Assembly: GCF_001194135.2 (NCBI RefSeq)
Contig: NC_068983.1
Span: 3,259,754 to 3,323,753 of the forward strand
DNA length: 64,000 nucleotides
Direction of reading: 5' to 3'
From: Octopus bimaculoides
Lineage: Eukaryota
Part shown: positions 48,964 to 61,585 of the stretch, one piece after another
Layout of the letters: each line of letters begins with the position of its first letter
How positions within the stretch are numbered: the stretch's first letter is position 1
The notes under the pieces: generated by a model
Databases searched by the model: none
Told to the model about the DNA's origin: nothing
What the model saw: the letters and a program-made list of their open reading frames with translations, nothing else
Program-made: the position numbers and the translations under genes

Positions 48964-50147
48964 CCACCATCTCTACTGGATACAGGTCACGTCTCCTTCT
49001 TCACGACATCTCATATTTTAGTCCACCCGATACGGCCATAGAATGCAGGCTACCTTTACTGAAATAGCACTGGTTCAATATTCCCACGGAGCATAAGAGT
49101 TCATTTTGATACACTCAATGCCCCGTTACACTATGAAGGACCTCGCCATGTGGAACTATTTGGGAAATTGGAGTGGAATTAATTTCAAGGGTAAATTTAA
49201 CCTTTGAATTCTTGCTGGGCTTGTTAGCTAATGTTTCGGGGTACAAATAATGAAATACAGAAACTCCCTGGGTCTATATTTGCGAAGGATGTCGAAACCG
49301 GTTATAGGAAATTTTTGCCGTAGGAAAATTCGCAGTAAGAAATTTCGTTTTAAATGATCACTTCGCGTTTTTGAATGGTAAACATTGAATAAAGACTTAA
49401 CTATTTAATGCTTTTATAAAATTTTCTACCATTCTTTTTTTTTTTTTTTTCTTATTTTAAAAAATTCGCTTTATCATTGTCCATGTGGCTAATTGTCTCG
49501 TCGCCAAATTTCTCACGACGAATTTTCGCGACACGGTTGGAATCTATGCAAAGATTATCAGAGGGTTTGTAATTCCTTTTTGAAGCGGTTACGTATAAAA
49601 CCACTCTGAACTAGGAATATCTGGGGTGGGAGAAGCAAATAGTTATAAGGGTAGAATCAGGAGAGTGACAGACAGAATGTTGAGTTGTATTTATTAACTT
49701 TCCTTTAGATTCCAAGTTTAAATTCCACCGAGATGGGTTTGTCTTTGGGGATACTCGAATCGACAGAACAAACCCCGGGGAAAATAATTAGATTACTATA
49801 ATAGACCGTGTACCCAATATACCCACCCAACTGGGGACACGTTTAGATTTATCCCTGTATTAGAAATCTTTTTGATTTCTTTTTGCTGTTGTTAATGATG
49901 ATGTTGCTTAACTCCAAATGAACACACTTATAATCAAAGATATTCCAACCGCGACCATCTAGTCTTTTTAGCCGCTGTACGTCATCCAGTGTATATTTCT
50001 TTTTTTTTTTTTTTTTTTTTTTTCTGAATGTTAGATTTGATTTTGAAGGAGGTTAGCTGCTATTACTAGTAAGCCAAATGACGGCGTAGAAGCTCCCCCG
50101 CTAGAGCCGAACATCTGTGAAGAGTTAATATACATAACAGTGAAGGG

Positions 50148-50365
50148 GGCGAGCTGGCAGAGTGGTTAGCACGCCGGGTGAAACGCTTAGCGGTATTTCC
50201 TCTGTCTTTTACGTTCTGAGTTCAAATTCCGCCGAGGTCGACTTTGCCTTTCATCCTTTCGGGGTCGATAAATTAAGTACCAGTTGCGTACTGGGGTCGA
50301 CCTAATCGACTAGTCCCCTCCCTAAAAATTTCGGGCCTTGTGCCTAGAGTAGAAAAAAAGAATAT
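50148..50365 (+). mobile_element. SINE family B, full-length reference copy
   Basis: GGCGAGCTGGCAGAGTGG (A box), GAGTTCAAATTCC (B box), GCCTTTCATCCTTTCGGGGTCGATAAATTAAGTACC (resembles the Nin/Deu SINE domain), A-rich tail. Confidence 0.95.
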
Positions 50366-51809
50366 AGCTAGTTGTGTGCACCAAAAGGCGGTTATTGAAA
50401 CAATTTGAAACCACAATCTCCTTTTATATTGTCTTCAGTTATACAAACCAAAGGGGTCACTCGATCTTACTTTTTGTGGTCACTTTATGTGGTTACTCGA
50501 TCTATCTTCACAAAGAGGCAGTACAAACTGTGTAAAACCTAGACCAGCTACCTTAATTTCTATAGAAATCAAGTATCAGTATTCGGGTAAGGTTTGAACC
50601 TGTTAAAATCCTATAACTTCATGTACACTACCTACAGGCGTCGATGATCGTGGTTTTTGATAGCAAATTTCAGAGATTCATGATGATTATCATTACTATT
50701 ACGTAAATATCTCTTCTCGGTTAAATGCTCTTCAGGATCATGGCAATCAGCATTCTGTACAGACATGTATCTCTCCTGACCCCACCCCCAGTAGAAAGAC
50801 AATAATTATTGCATGGTTGGCAGACATATATTCTCTCAGATGACGACGATAGTTTTACTGTTTTGGTGGGGAGGGGGTTGATAAATGTACCCTTTGAATG
50901 GCTAAAATCAAGTAAACTTTTTTAACCTTTGGAATATAAACTCAATTCTAAGTTGAATATAAGAAGGGATTACAGATATGAGGTTTCATTTTCTTGGGTA
51001 TCGCAGCAGTTTTACGTGTTTAGTGCGATTCTATTCAAAATTCTTGGAGGCATTGTGTCTGTGTGTGTGTGTGTGACTTGCCATTATTTTTCAACTTTCT
51101 ATAAGAATATCAGCCTTTGTTTCCAGATCAGATTGAAGGCATTTTTTTTTTACTTTAATTTTGGTTTCTCGCTGGTCTTTTCCCAGAATTCAGTTCTCCC
51201 CCCAAAATAGATGCTTTGGGATGCCATAATCTTGTACGAACTAACTCTATGGCTTGCCTCAATCTGCTACGTCGCAAGAGAACTTTTGTACTTTATGCAC
51301 AACCACCCACTTTCTAATAAACTCCACCCGAAAGCAGGTCTCATTTTCTGTTCATACACACACACACACACACACACAGCTACCCTTTCAGCTAGTATGA
51401 ATGACCTCATCATCCTATGGCGGCATCTTATACTTCTTCTTTTCCCTATTTCCTCTCCCCCTCACTCTCTTACATTACATAACCAGTAGTTACTCCCACC
51501 ACCACCACTACCAAGTCTCTAAGTCATTTATCTTAATCAGTGTCTGGTCTAGTTTATTTTCAATTACCTCTCTATTTCATCTGTGTCACCACTTTCTTTA
51601 TGGGCTAGGCTTGTGAGTGTGACTATTACGCGAGGCACTGGCACACTGGCTGCAGTCATTCAAATTGTGCCACTGCACCCTGCCCATTAGTTAGTGCCTT
51701 GAAGATGCCCATAATATCAACTTAAAAGTATATTTGTAATATTGTTTTATAATTTTTTACGAAATACTTACATGATCTTTTTTATTCATATTTGTTCATT
51801 AAATACTTT

Positions 51810-52193
51810 TTCTTTTATTCTTTTACTTGTTTCAATCATTTGAGTGCGGCCATGCTGGAGCACTGCCTTTAGTCGAGTGATTCGACTCCAGAACTTATTC
51901 TTTGTAAGACAAGTACTTATTCTATCGCCCCTTTTGCCAAACCGCTAAGTTATGGGGACGTAGAACACTAACATCGGCTGTCAAGCGATGGTGGGGAGAC
52001 CAACACAGACATAGATGCATACTTACATACATACGACGGGCTTCTTTCAGTTTCCGTCTACCAAATCCACTCAAGACAATGGTCAGCCCGAGGCTATAGT
52101 AGAAGACACTTGCCCAAGGTGCTACGGAGTGGACGGAACCTGGAGCTATGTGTTTGGGAAGCAAGCTTCTTACCACACGGCCGCGCCTGCGCC
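51810..52193 (-). mobile_element. SINE family A (left arm of a head-to-head pair)
   Basis: Full-length reverse copy. Confidence 0.9.
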
Positions 52194-52207
52194 TGTGAGT
52201 AACAATG

Positions 52208-52625
52208 GGCGCAAGCGTGGCTGTGTGGTAACAAGCTTGCTTCCTAATCACATGGTTTCGGGTTCGGTCTGATTGCGTGTCGCCTTGGGCAAATGGCTTT
52301 TACTACAGCCTCGGGCTGATCAAAGCCTTGTGAGTGGATTTGTTAAACGGAACCTGAATGAAGAACGTCGTTTATAAATATAGAGGTGTGTGTGTGTGTG
52401 TGTTGTGTCTGTCTGTTTGTCCTCCCACTATTGCTCGACAACCGGTGTTGGTGTCTTTAAGCCCCCATAGTTTAGCGCTTCGGCAAAAGAGACCGATAGA
52501 ATAAATATCAGGTTTAAAAGACATAAGTACTGGGGGTCGATTGATTCGACTAAAGATTCTTCAAAGGTGGTGCCCCAGCATGGCCACAGTCTAATGACTG
52601 AAACAAGGAAAACGTAAAAGATAAA
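52208..52625 (+). mobile_element. SINE family A (right arm of a head-to-head pair)
   Basis: Starts 14 bp after the head of the reverse copy. Confidence 0.9.
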
Positions 52626-52705
52626 ATTTAGTAAATAAATAAATATACTTGACACTGTTTGACAGCTGCAGCATGCGCCCTGGCATGCTGCGGTCAACGG
52701 TACCG

Positions 52706-53100
52706 TAGGCTGTGGGGTAAGAAGCTTGCTTGTCAGCCACATGGTTCCGGGTTCAATCCTACTACGTCACACCTTGGACAAGTGTCTTCTATAGCCTCAG
52801 GCCGACTAAAGCCGTGTGAGTGGATCGGGTTAGATGGAAATTGAAAGAAGCCTGTCTATATATGTGTGTGTGTGTGTGTTTGCCACCACCACCACCCTCA
52901 TTACCACTTGACAACCGGTGTCGGTGTGTTTATGTCCCCGTAACTTAGCGGTTCGGCAAAAGAGACCGATAGAATAAGTACTAGGTTTTTTAAAAAGAAA
53001 AATAAGACCTGGGGTCGGTTTGTTCGACTAAAAACCCCCCCATCAAGGCGGTGCTCCAGCATGGACGCCGTCATATGACTGAAACAAGTACAAGAATAGA
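52706..53100 (+). mobile_element. SINE family A, third adjacent copy
   Basis: Full motif set. Confidence 0.9.
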
Positions 53101-53762
53101 AGAGTAGTTCTCTTCATGGCTGTGAAAGATAAAGAACATCGGTGGAGAGAGAGAGGAAAGCAAGACGTCTATTCTAGTTCACCATTCCAATTGTCCAACC
53201 CAAGTAATTACTAACACACAAAACTCTGAGACCTCATTAAAAGTTTTAAAACCTTTAACTATATATAAACCCTTTTCTGAAGCCGTTCGTGTCTGAGATG
53301 TGTCCTACTTTGCAGTTCTTTCGGCTGATATCTAGATTAATGTTTCAGCTCTTATGAATCATTCTTAATTAGACATTAAAACAAAAAAAACTATGAATTT
53401 ACTGTTGCGTAGAACTTTCCTATGTTTTATTGTGTGTACTTTTAGTAGCGGTCTTAATATATCTTTTAGGAGTTTTATTGTCTTCATTAATTAATGAATT
53501 AAGTTTGTTTTGTTTTTTTGTCCTACGAAAGGCAGCAAATGTCACATATATTTTCATTTTATTTCCAAACAAATATAGATGGCGGCACAAAAATTAAGGG
53601 GTATTTTATAATGATTTCCAGAATGTATAGTTAACTCGACTATATCGTGTACCTTTCCGGAAATATGATCAAGGATTTTTAGCGGTAGGAGTGGGACATA
53701 GGAGATCGGTAATACAGGATTATGAAGTGATCGGTTTCATTAATCTATTATCATTTAAAGAT

Positions 53763-53880
53763 GGCGATCTGGCAAAATCGTTAGCAGCCGGACAAAACGC
53801 TTAACGGCATTTCTTCCGGCTTTTTACGTTCTGAATTCAACCTTTGTCGAGGGTAGTTTTGCCCTTTATTCTGTTGTCGG
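53763..53880 (+). mobile_element. SINE family B, degraded 5' part
   Basis: GGCGATCTGGCAAAATCGTTAGC..TACGTTCTGAATTCAA. Confidence 0.75.
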
Positions 53881-54427
53881 TCTATTTTTAATCTTTCATT
53901 GGATAAATAATCCAACATTTTGTATATTTTGTTATTATAGAGTAGAGGAGTAGCAGTAACCTGCACTACACATCACAGCATAAGTCCACAAATGCTGCGA
54001 ACATAAAATCATTTGTTGTTCTCCGTAAGCGAAATACACCAGCGATTAGCAGATTCGCATTCAAGTCTGTCGAAACGCATTAATAATAAATATGTCGTCG
54101 TATATGAATTTTTACCAGTTTTCTTTCAGACATACGGCTTTTAGCTTCTTGTCGGTTGGTAACTGAGTCGAAGTTGGTAGACTATAAATACAAGCCTCAC
54201 TTTGCCATTCTTCATGGTCACAGGAAATATATTTATACTTGCAGAGATTAATAATTAATTCCATGTGTTCTATTTCTTGTGTAACGTATTTCCTTGCTGC
54301 TTGACGAGATACGTTCAGGAACATCGAGCCAACACCATTTCAATGCTTGTTGCTGTTGAAACCAGCACTGTGGTACTTTCCTTCATTATCTCACGTGCGC
54401 GTATATGTGCGTGCATGTATATTCACA

Positions 54428-54466
<39 letters not shown>

Positions 54467-54669
54467 TAAACATCATAACAATAATAATACTTGAGTTGTT
54501 TACACCCTCTGATATTTTGTATACATACGTCTGATATGTTACACAGCATGGTCTCCACCTACAGGATCGAACAAATACTATACACGTAAATATTCCTTAC
54601 ATAATTTCTAAAAGCATCTGTCCCTAACACCCTATCTAAAACCTAGGAGGCGCGTGGCTTAGTGGTAGC

Positions 54670-54912
54670 AATGTTTTGACATGCCGATGACCCCCACCCC
54701 TACCCTCGATGAAGAAAGAGGCAGCGAACGCGCTGTTTTCTGCTTGGCTGAAAATTATTAAATTTTGAACACCTGTAACATTTTTGCAAAATTTTTCTGC
54801 AATAAATGAAGAACAAATTTGGATTCAGCGTCAAAAATTACATCTATATGATACATTAAAAAACTGTTTTTTTAAAGAGAATTGTATACAGTGACGAAAA
54901 TGAGAAAGATCC
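54670..54912. mobile_element. right-end fragment of the Merlin-like family seen at 33728-34366
   Basis: AATGTTTTGACATGCCGATG..GAACACCTGTAACATT..GGATTCAGC..GTGACGAAAATGAGAAAGATCC aligns to ~34120-34366. Confidence 0.8.
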
Positions 54913-55896
54913 TTTCTCCGAAATAAAATCCTGCAGCGAATGCCTTTCACGTTTTAATGTTGCGGGAGCATCTATACTATAGTAAATTTTAATAAATGTA
55001 GACATCTGAAGTGTGTGTGTGAGAAAGAAATCGAGAGATACAAAGAGAGAGAGAGAGAGATTAGTGTGTATGTGTTTTGTGTTTGCTGGTGTGAATGAAT
55101 AGCTGCGGAGATATTGAAGGAGAACAGACAATGCTTTCTGTTGAACGAATAAGTGACAAAGCCGTCTGATACAAGAAGACCTTCGTTCATTCTAAATAAC
55201 TGGAGTGAAGAAAGTGTTCTAAACATAACCGAGGCACTTTAATTGCGCTGACCTCTACATAGCTGCCCCTGACACGATGATATCTAGTCGACAATTACTT
55301 GTGTTTGTTTAGAGGTCAATTTAAAGTTCACTCGGTCAACGATGTCCTTCTACAGCAGAAACCATTGCTTTTTACCTAGAGCTTCTGACGGCAATTTATG
55401 TCACCTCGATAGACGCCCGTTTAAACAAGCACGCATGCGCAACACACTGGCAAATATTGACAGATAAAAACCGCTATCCCCCCCATCTCTCTCTCTCTCT
55501 TTCTTTCTCCCTTTCTCTTCTTATACATAGACTTTGTTTCGCCTTCAAATACACATTCTTAAAATCGTTGACATACACACGCACAATCTCATAGATAATG
55601 TGTTTCACACTCTTCCATTATCTTATCGAGACGCTGACACACTGACAAACAGTTACACACACAGCAGACGTGTATGGAGTCCCATATCGTTGCTGTATAA
55701 TCGAAACAACACATCCCAGTTTGTCATTAGACTGCGGCCATGCGAAGGGAATTTTAGTTGAATGAATCGACCCCAGTATCTATATTTTTCGCAAACACGC
55801 CAGCCCCGACTGTCAAGCGGTGTGGGAAGGGGACAGACAGACAGACAGACAGACAGACACAGACACACACACACACACACACGCATACACATATAT

Positions 55897-56125
55897 CAGG
55901 GGTATTCTTAAACTGGGCCGGACATGCGTGGCTGCGATCTCACTTTAGGTTGCCGAGTCTTCTCACTCACAACATATCTTCAAAGGTCTCCTGTGATTGC
56001 CTCTGTGAGGTTCAGGCAATGATAGGAAACCGAGACCTTTGGAGATTATGCTGTGATTGAGAAGACCCGGCAACTAAAGTGAGATTGCAGCCACGCATGT
56101 CCGGCCCAGTTTAAGAATACCCCTG
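55897..56125. mobile_element. 229-bp near-perfect fold-back element (94-bp arms)
   Basis: CAGGGGTATTCTTAAACTGGGCCGGACATGCGTGGCTGC..AAAGGTCTC (55897-55990) pairs with 56032-56125; AT on both flanks. Confidence 0.9.
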
Positions 56126-56139
56126 ATGCGTCGTGTGAT

Positions 56140-56435
56140 ATATGTTTGAGAAGACCTGCTGAGTTAAGTGAAACAAATATCGTAGCTATGGCCGGAGGCA
56201 CGTAAAAAGCACTATCCGACCGTGATCGATGCCAGTAGCCGCTGTCTGGCTCTTGTGCTGGTGGCACGTAAAAAGCACCCACTACACTCTTGGAGTGGTT
56301 GGCATTAGGAAGGGCATCCAGCTGCAGAAACACAGCCAGATCAGACTGGAGCCTGGTGCAGCCATCTGGCTTGCCAGACCTGTCAAACCGTCCAACCCAT
56401 GCCAGCATGGAAAATGGACGTTAAACGATGATGAT
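56140..56435 (+). mobile_element. family E (RTE-tail-type retroposon)
   Basis: Ends GGAAAATGGACGTTAAACGATGATGAT; internal GGCACGTAAAAAGCAC duplication. Confidence 0.85.
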
Positions 56436-57424
56436 ATACGCCAGGATTCTTTCATTTTCCTTTTATCAAATCCACTCACAAGGCATTGGTTGGCCCAAGA
56501 CTATAGTAGATGACACTTGCCCAAGGTGCTACGCAGTGGGACTGAACCTGGAGCCATCTGGTTGAGAAGTAAGCTTCTTACTACAGAGCCTCGCCTGTGT
56601 GGTAAGAAGCATATAATGTACTCTGGCATATGTGTGTATATATAAGACTTTTCAGATTAGTACCAGTAATTATATACATACGGAAAACATGTATTTGAAG
56701 ATAAATATGTTTTAGAAATTTTGTAGGAGTTTGCAAAATTAACCCTTTTCTTTTTATGTGACAGAATAACAGTGGACTTCTATTGTAACAGGGGGCAGTG
56801 TTTTAGTGGATTAGTAAACAGGGGTATGTTGTAACAGAATCTAATAGTAACAGGAGTGGGTTCTTCCGCCCTACTAGGCAGTTTTTATTTACTCTTTTCG
56901 TCCATTATTCCAGAGTGGTGTTGCTAGTCTAATCTCCAACGGTCCGACCACGAAAATAATCGCGCGCGCGCACACATCTGTCGACCTAAGTATCTATCTA
57001 TTTATGCAGCCATCAATCAACCAGTGTTTAGATATACCCAATAGATATGCCGTCTGCCATAAACTACTGTATCTACCACTGCTTGACATCGGGAAAATTA
57101 AAACATATTAAGATCTTTCAAGTACGCCTCTGTGTGATCATTTGATATGCTAGAAATAACAGCCAAGATTGACACATTTAATAATGTCGCGAGAAGCGAT
57201 AGTTGTAACAGTGGACTATTGTATATAGCAAAGTCTGAAATAGAAAATAAATATACAGTCTGGTCACGCTGTTGATCACAGTTCTGCTACGGTGACGCCT
57301 GGTGCTAAAAACAACTCTGTATGGTCGAACTGTAAAATATATACAAATAAATGGCTGGTTTATGTTCTGAAACCATTGAGTTAATGGCTTTGGGATTCAT
57401 AATACTTACCCGACCAACTCGTCC

Positions 57425-57462
<38 letters not shown>

Positions 57463-57734
57463 GTTCTTAAAATACTTTCAGGCTCTCTCTCTCCTTCTCC
57501 GGAAATACATCCCGCTCTTTAATTTCCCTTCCGGTTCACGTGTCCCCTGCCAGACACAATTCAACCAAACAACAACAACAACATCCAGTTATATCATGGT
57601 TTTTTTTCAGTTCAAGAAAGACATAGAAATGTTTCCTGTATTTCTTCAATTCTTTAATTAACCAAAACAACAAAATATTCTTGGCCCAGTCAGACGAACC
57701 AACTATGAGAAGGCGTGGGCGGCTTTTACTTGGC

Positions 57735-58190
57735 AACTCAACTTGTTAGAAATAGCAGCCAAATCTTTAAATCACCCTGTTTTTTATTTTTTGTTTTGTT
57801 ATTTTTTCTTTAGTGCAAAGTGTTTAGGTTGAAAGCAGAGGAAAGGGATGCTAGCACGTCGTAGTGTTGACCTCCAAATACCACTGGTACTAATTTTTGA
57901 CTGTGTGTACTGGAGCAACGTAAAAGGAAGCACATTGCGAAGAATACAACACGTTTCCCCCTCTGAGAATCGAAACTACGACCTAATGATCGTGAGTCTA
58001 TCACCCTAACCACTGAGCCACGCGTCTTCGCTTTCAAATCATTCTACCATCTTAAAAAGAAAAAGAAAGCACTAAATAATTTAGACCTGAAGACGTTATA
58101 CATTAATAACAGATGGGATGGTCACGGCTGGAATACTTTTGATTATAGGTCTGTTCGATGAACGCTGATCCGGTTAAACAACAACAAAAA
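57735..58190 (+). mobile_element. family G repeat interrupted by a minus-strand family C SINE (~57840-58028)
   Basis: AGAAATAGCAGCCAAATC [insert] CTACCATCTTAAAAAG..GGGATGGTCACGGCTGGAATAC..TAAACAACAAC. Confidence 0.7.
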
Positions 58191-58454
58191 ACTTGAGCCA
58201 GAACTCAGCTGATTTTGTTTAGGGAAGTTACTTCCCTTATTTATTTGTGTTTATTTATATATTTTTTAATTTGTTACTTACAGGAGTAAGGCGGCGAATC
58301 GTGGTAGAATCGTGTCGGATAAAACGCTTAGTGGCATTTTTCCGGCTCTTTGTATTCTGAGGTCAACTTACTCTTTCATCCATTTTGGATCGTTAAAATA
58401 AAGTATCAGTTAAATGATAGGCTCGTTCTCTCCCGCTAAAATTACTGGCCTTGA

Positions 58455-58895
58455 ACCCGGCACCCTGCAACAGACCAGCGGTGGAAACAAGGCCGTACTA
58501 ATCCTAGGTCAGACGGTTGGGGGAGGCATGCGCCGTTACAGCGCGTTGTTGATTCACCATTTGTCGGTATATCAAGCAATCCCAGTCAATCCGCCCCCTC
58601 TTCGCGAAATACCTCCTCATCTATCGTGACTGTGTGGCATGTGGTCGACCAGCACCAACCGTCAATCCAGCCAGGCCCTCAGTGAAGAGAACATGGTAAG
58701 CAGGGTCTATCTAACTCGGAAAATCATACAACATGGCCAAACAGTCTGCGTTGGTGATCCAGAATCACGAGTAACAGGACGCATCCCAGTTACGGAAAAG
58801 AGTGGTTGGATGCGAAATCCGACCAATGGTAACCCATAATCTGGCGAAGCGTCCTGGCGAAGATTTCTTTCCAGCCTCCCGCAACCTCCGTGCGA
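58455..58895 (-). mobile_element. RTE-clade LINE 3' fragment
   Basis: RTLRQIMGYHWSDFASN..QRRLFGHV motifs with stops and frameshifts. Confidence 0.75.
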
Positions 58896-59428
58896 CCCTC
58901 CTATATATCTACACACTCACCAAATCCAGAGTAGATTATTAGGGGAAAGTTAATAATAAGTGGAGGGGGGAATTTTGGTGCTAAAAAGTAAAAGGTTGAC
59001 GAGANNNNNNNNNNNNNNNNNNNNNNNNNNNNNNNNNNNNNNNNNNNNNNNNNNNNNNNNNNNNNNNNNNNNNNNNNNNNNNNNNNNNNNNNNNNNNNNN
59101 NNNNNNNNNNNNNNNNNNNNNNNNNNNNNNNNNNNNNNNNNNNNNNNNNNNNNNNNNNNNNNNNNNNNNNNNNNNNNNNNNNNNNNNNNNNNNNNNNNNN
59201 NNNNNNNNNNNNNNNNNNNNNNNNNNNNNNNNNNNNNNNNNNNNNNNNNNNNNNNNNNNNNNNNNNNNNNNNNNNNNNNNNNNNNNNNNNNNNNNNNNNN
59301 NNNNNNNNNNNNNNNNNNNNNNNNNNNNNNNNNNNNNNNNNNNNNNNNNNNNNNNNNNNNNNNNNNNNNNNNNNNNNNNNNNNNNNNNNNNNNNNNNNNN
59401 NNNNNNNNNNNNNNNNNNNNNNNNNNNN

Positions 59429-59477
<49 letters not shown>

Positions 59478-60104
59478 TGTGTGTGTGAGTGAAAGAGAGA
59501 GAGAGATTCGTGTGCGCGTGACATTTGTGTATGTAAGTATGTATATCTATGTCTTCTGTATGTGTGTATTCATGTATGGGTGTGTTTGTATTTGTAATCA
59601 TTTAAATTCTTCTTAAAACGTACGCAGTTTGGTTTCTAAGGCAAAAACAAACTGCTGTAGTTCAGATAACAACACTGGTGTTGAACGTTACTAAAGTCAT
59701 ACGTAAGAATGTATGTAGGCATGGGCGTATATATGTGTATATATATATATATACAGGTGTACGTGTGCATGTGAAGATATATTTACCGATATGTGTGCGT
59801 ACTTGCGCGTACGTATTTACCTACACAAGTATGTACGTATGTAGGCATGCTCGTATCTATGTACGTCTGCTTACGTGTGGATGCATTTATGTCTGTGGGT
59901 TTCTATTTATCAATACGTGTTATCATCTCTTAGCTTCTTTTTTCTTCCTATTTTAAGATTTCTTTATATGTCTCTCTCTATTTATCCATGGATTTATCTA
60001 TCCGTCCAAATATCTATCCATCCCACTATCTATCTATCTATCCAGCCATCCCTTTATCCATCCATCTATCTATCTATCTATCTATCTATCTAATTTGTTA
60101 TGTA

Positions 60105-60435
60105 TGCGCAGGAGTAGCCGTGTGGTAAGAGGTTTGCTTCCCAACCACACACTTCCGGGTTCAATCCCGTTGCGTGTCACCTTGGACTAGAGTCTTCTAC
60201 TATAGCCTCGGGCCAACCAAAGCTTTGTGGATGGATTTGGTTGACGGAAACTGAAAGAAGCCCGTCGTAATGTGTGTCTTTGTGTCTGTCTTTATCCCTC
60301 CGCACTGCTTAACTACCAGTGTTGGTGTGTTTACGTCCCCTAAATTGGCGGTTCGGCAAAAGAGACCGTTAGAATATGCACCAGGCTTTAAACGAAAATT
60401 AAGCACTGGAGATGCTTTGTTTGACTAAAATTCTT
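60105..60435 (+). mobile_element. SINE family A
   Basis: Head, core and partial tail. Confidence 0.9.
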
Positions 60436-60519
60436 GGTCATTTATCAAAGTGATGCGGGGTTGTTTTATTTTTGGTTTTTCAGGTCAACACAAATCCAGA
60501 GATTAGTAAATATGAGAAT

Positions 60520-60559
<40 letters not shown>

Positions 60560-61119
60560 CTGCACTTATGTAACAGGCGTGCATAAATGCAATCACATGT
60601 CATATGTGTGTATGGCATATGATTGTGTGCGTAAATTTTCATTCCAGACCCCTGAAATAGAGAATCCCTGGAATGTTTCACACATCCTCCACTCCCAGAA
60701 CCACCAATCGGTTGGCTTTGCGGGATTTCTGTCAGATTTCTTTGATCTTTCATGAAAAGCATCTCGAGGCCTTTGATGCAACCGCGGTGGCGGCAGCAAC
60801 TGTGATTCTCTGGTCCCCTGCATCGATGTGTCACCTGCATCGATGTGTTGTATGATTTATCTTCATTGATTACCAATGAACAAAACACGATAACTTTAGG
60901 CATCTCTTTCTTTTCTCATTTTTTTTTATTTCTTAATTTTTTGGTAGTTGCTACGCCATCACCAAATTAACGGATAAACCATCATCTTGTATTCCTTTTC
61001 TTTCTTCTTCTCTTCTCTCTCTCTCCTCCTTTCTCTCCCTCTTCATCTCTCTTTCATTTTGCATCTCTTGCTCTATACGTATGTGGGCGTACGTGTATTC
61101 ATTCACATGTGTGTGTGCG

Positions 61120-61585
61120 TACGTTCCCGTAAACTAGCGGTTCAGTAAAAGAGACCGATAGAGTAAGTACCAGGCTTGCGGGGTCTATTCATTCCACTAA
61201 AATTGTTCAAGGCAATGCCCCAGCATGGCCGCAGTCTAATAGCTGAAACAAGTAACAAATAAGATAGTGACTGTGTGGTAAGTAGCTTGCTTACCAACCA
61301 CATGGTTCCGGGTTCATTCCCACTGCGTGGCACCTTGGGCAAGTGTCCTCTACTATAGCCTCGGGCCGACCAAAGCCTTGTGAGTGGATTTGGTAGACGG
61401 AAACTGAAAGAAGCCCGTCGTATATATGTATGTATATATATGTGTGTGTGTGTCTGTGTTTGTCTCCCCAACATCGCTTGACAACCGATGGTGGTGTGTT
61501 TACGTCCCCGTAACATTAGCGGTTCGGCAAAAGTGATCGATAGAATAAGTACTAGGCTTCCAAAGAATAAGTCCCGGGGTGATTT
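61120..61585 (+). mobile_element. SINE family A 3' half followed directly by a second copy running into a gap
   Basis: Tail at 61120-61262; a new head at 61267. Confidence 0.85.

Larger units (their letters stand above)
55720..56600 (-). mobile_element. SINE family A split at its microsatellite by two nested elements
   Basis: 3' part at 55720-55890 and 5' part at 56436-56600. Confidence 0.75.

Noticed and set aside
53300-53352. TTTCGGCTGATA segment resembling the stem II/GAAA part of the 23990 hammerhead
   Set aside because: The CUGANGA core and stems are not recoverable; too short to call.
60673-60855. ORF with faint cyclin-box-like pattern (FCQISL..AVAAATVIL)
   Set aside because: Resemblance is too weak, with no convincing donor and no other cyclin exons seen.
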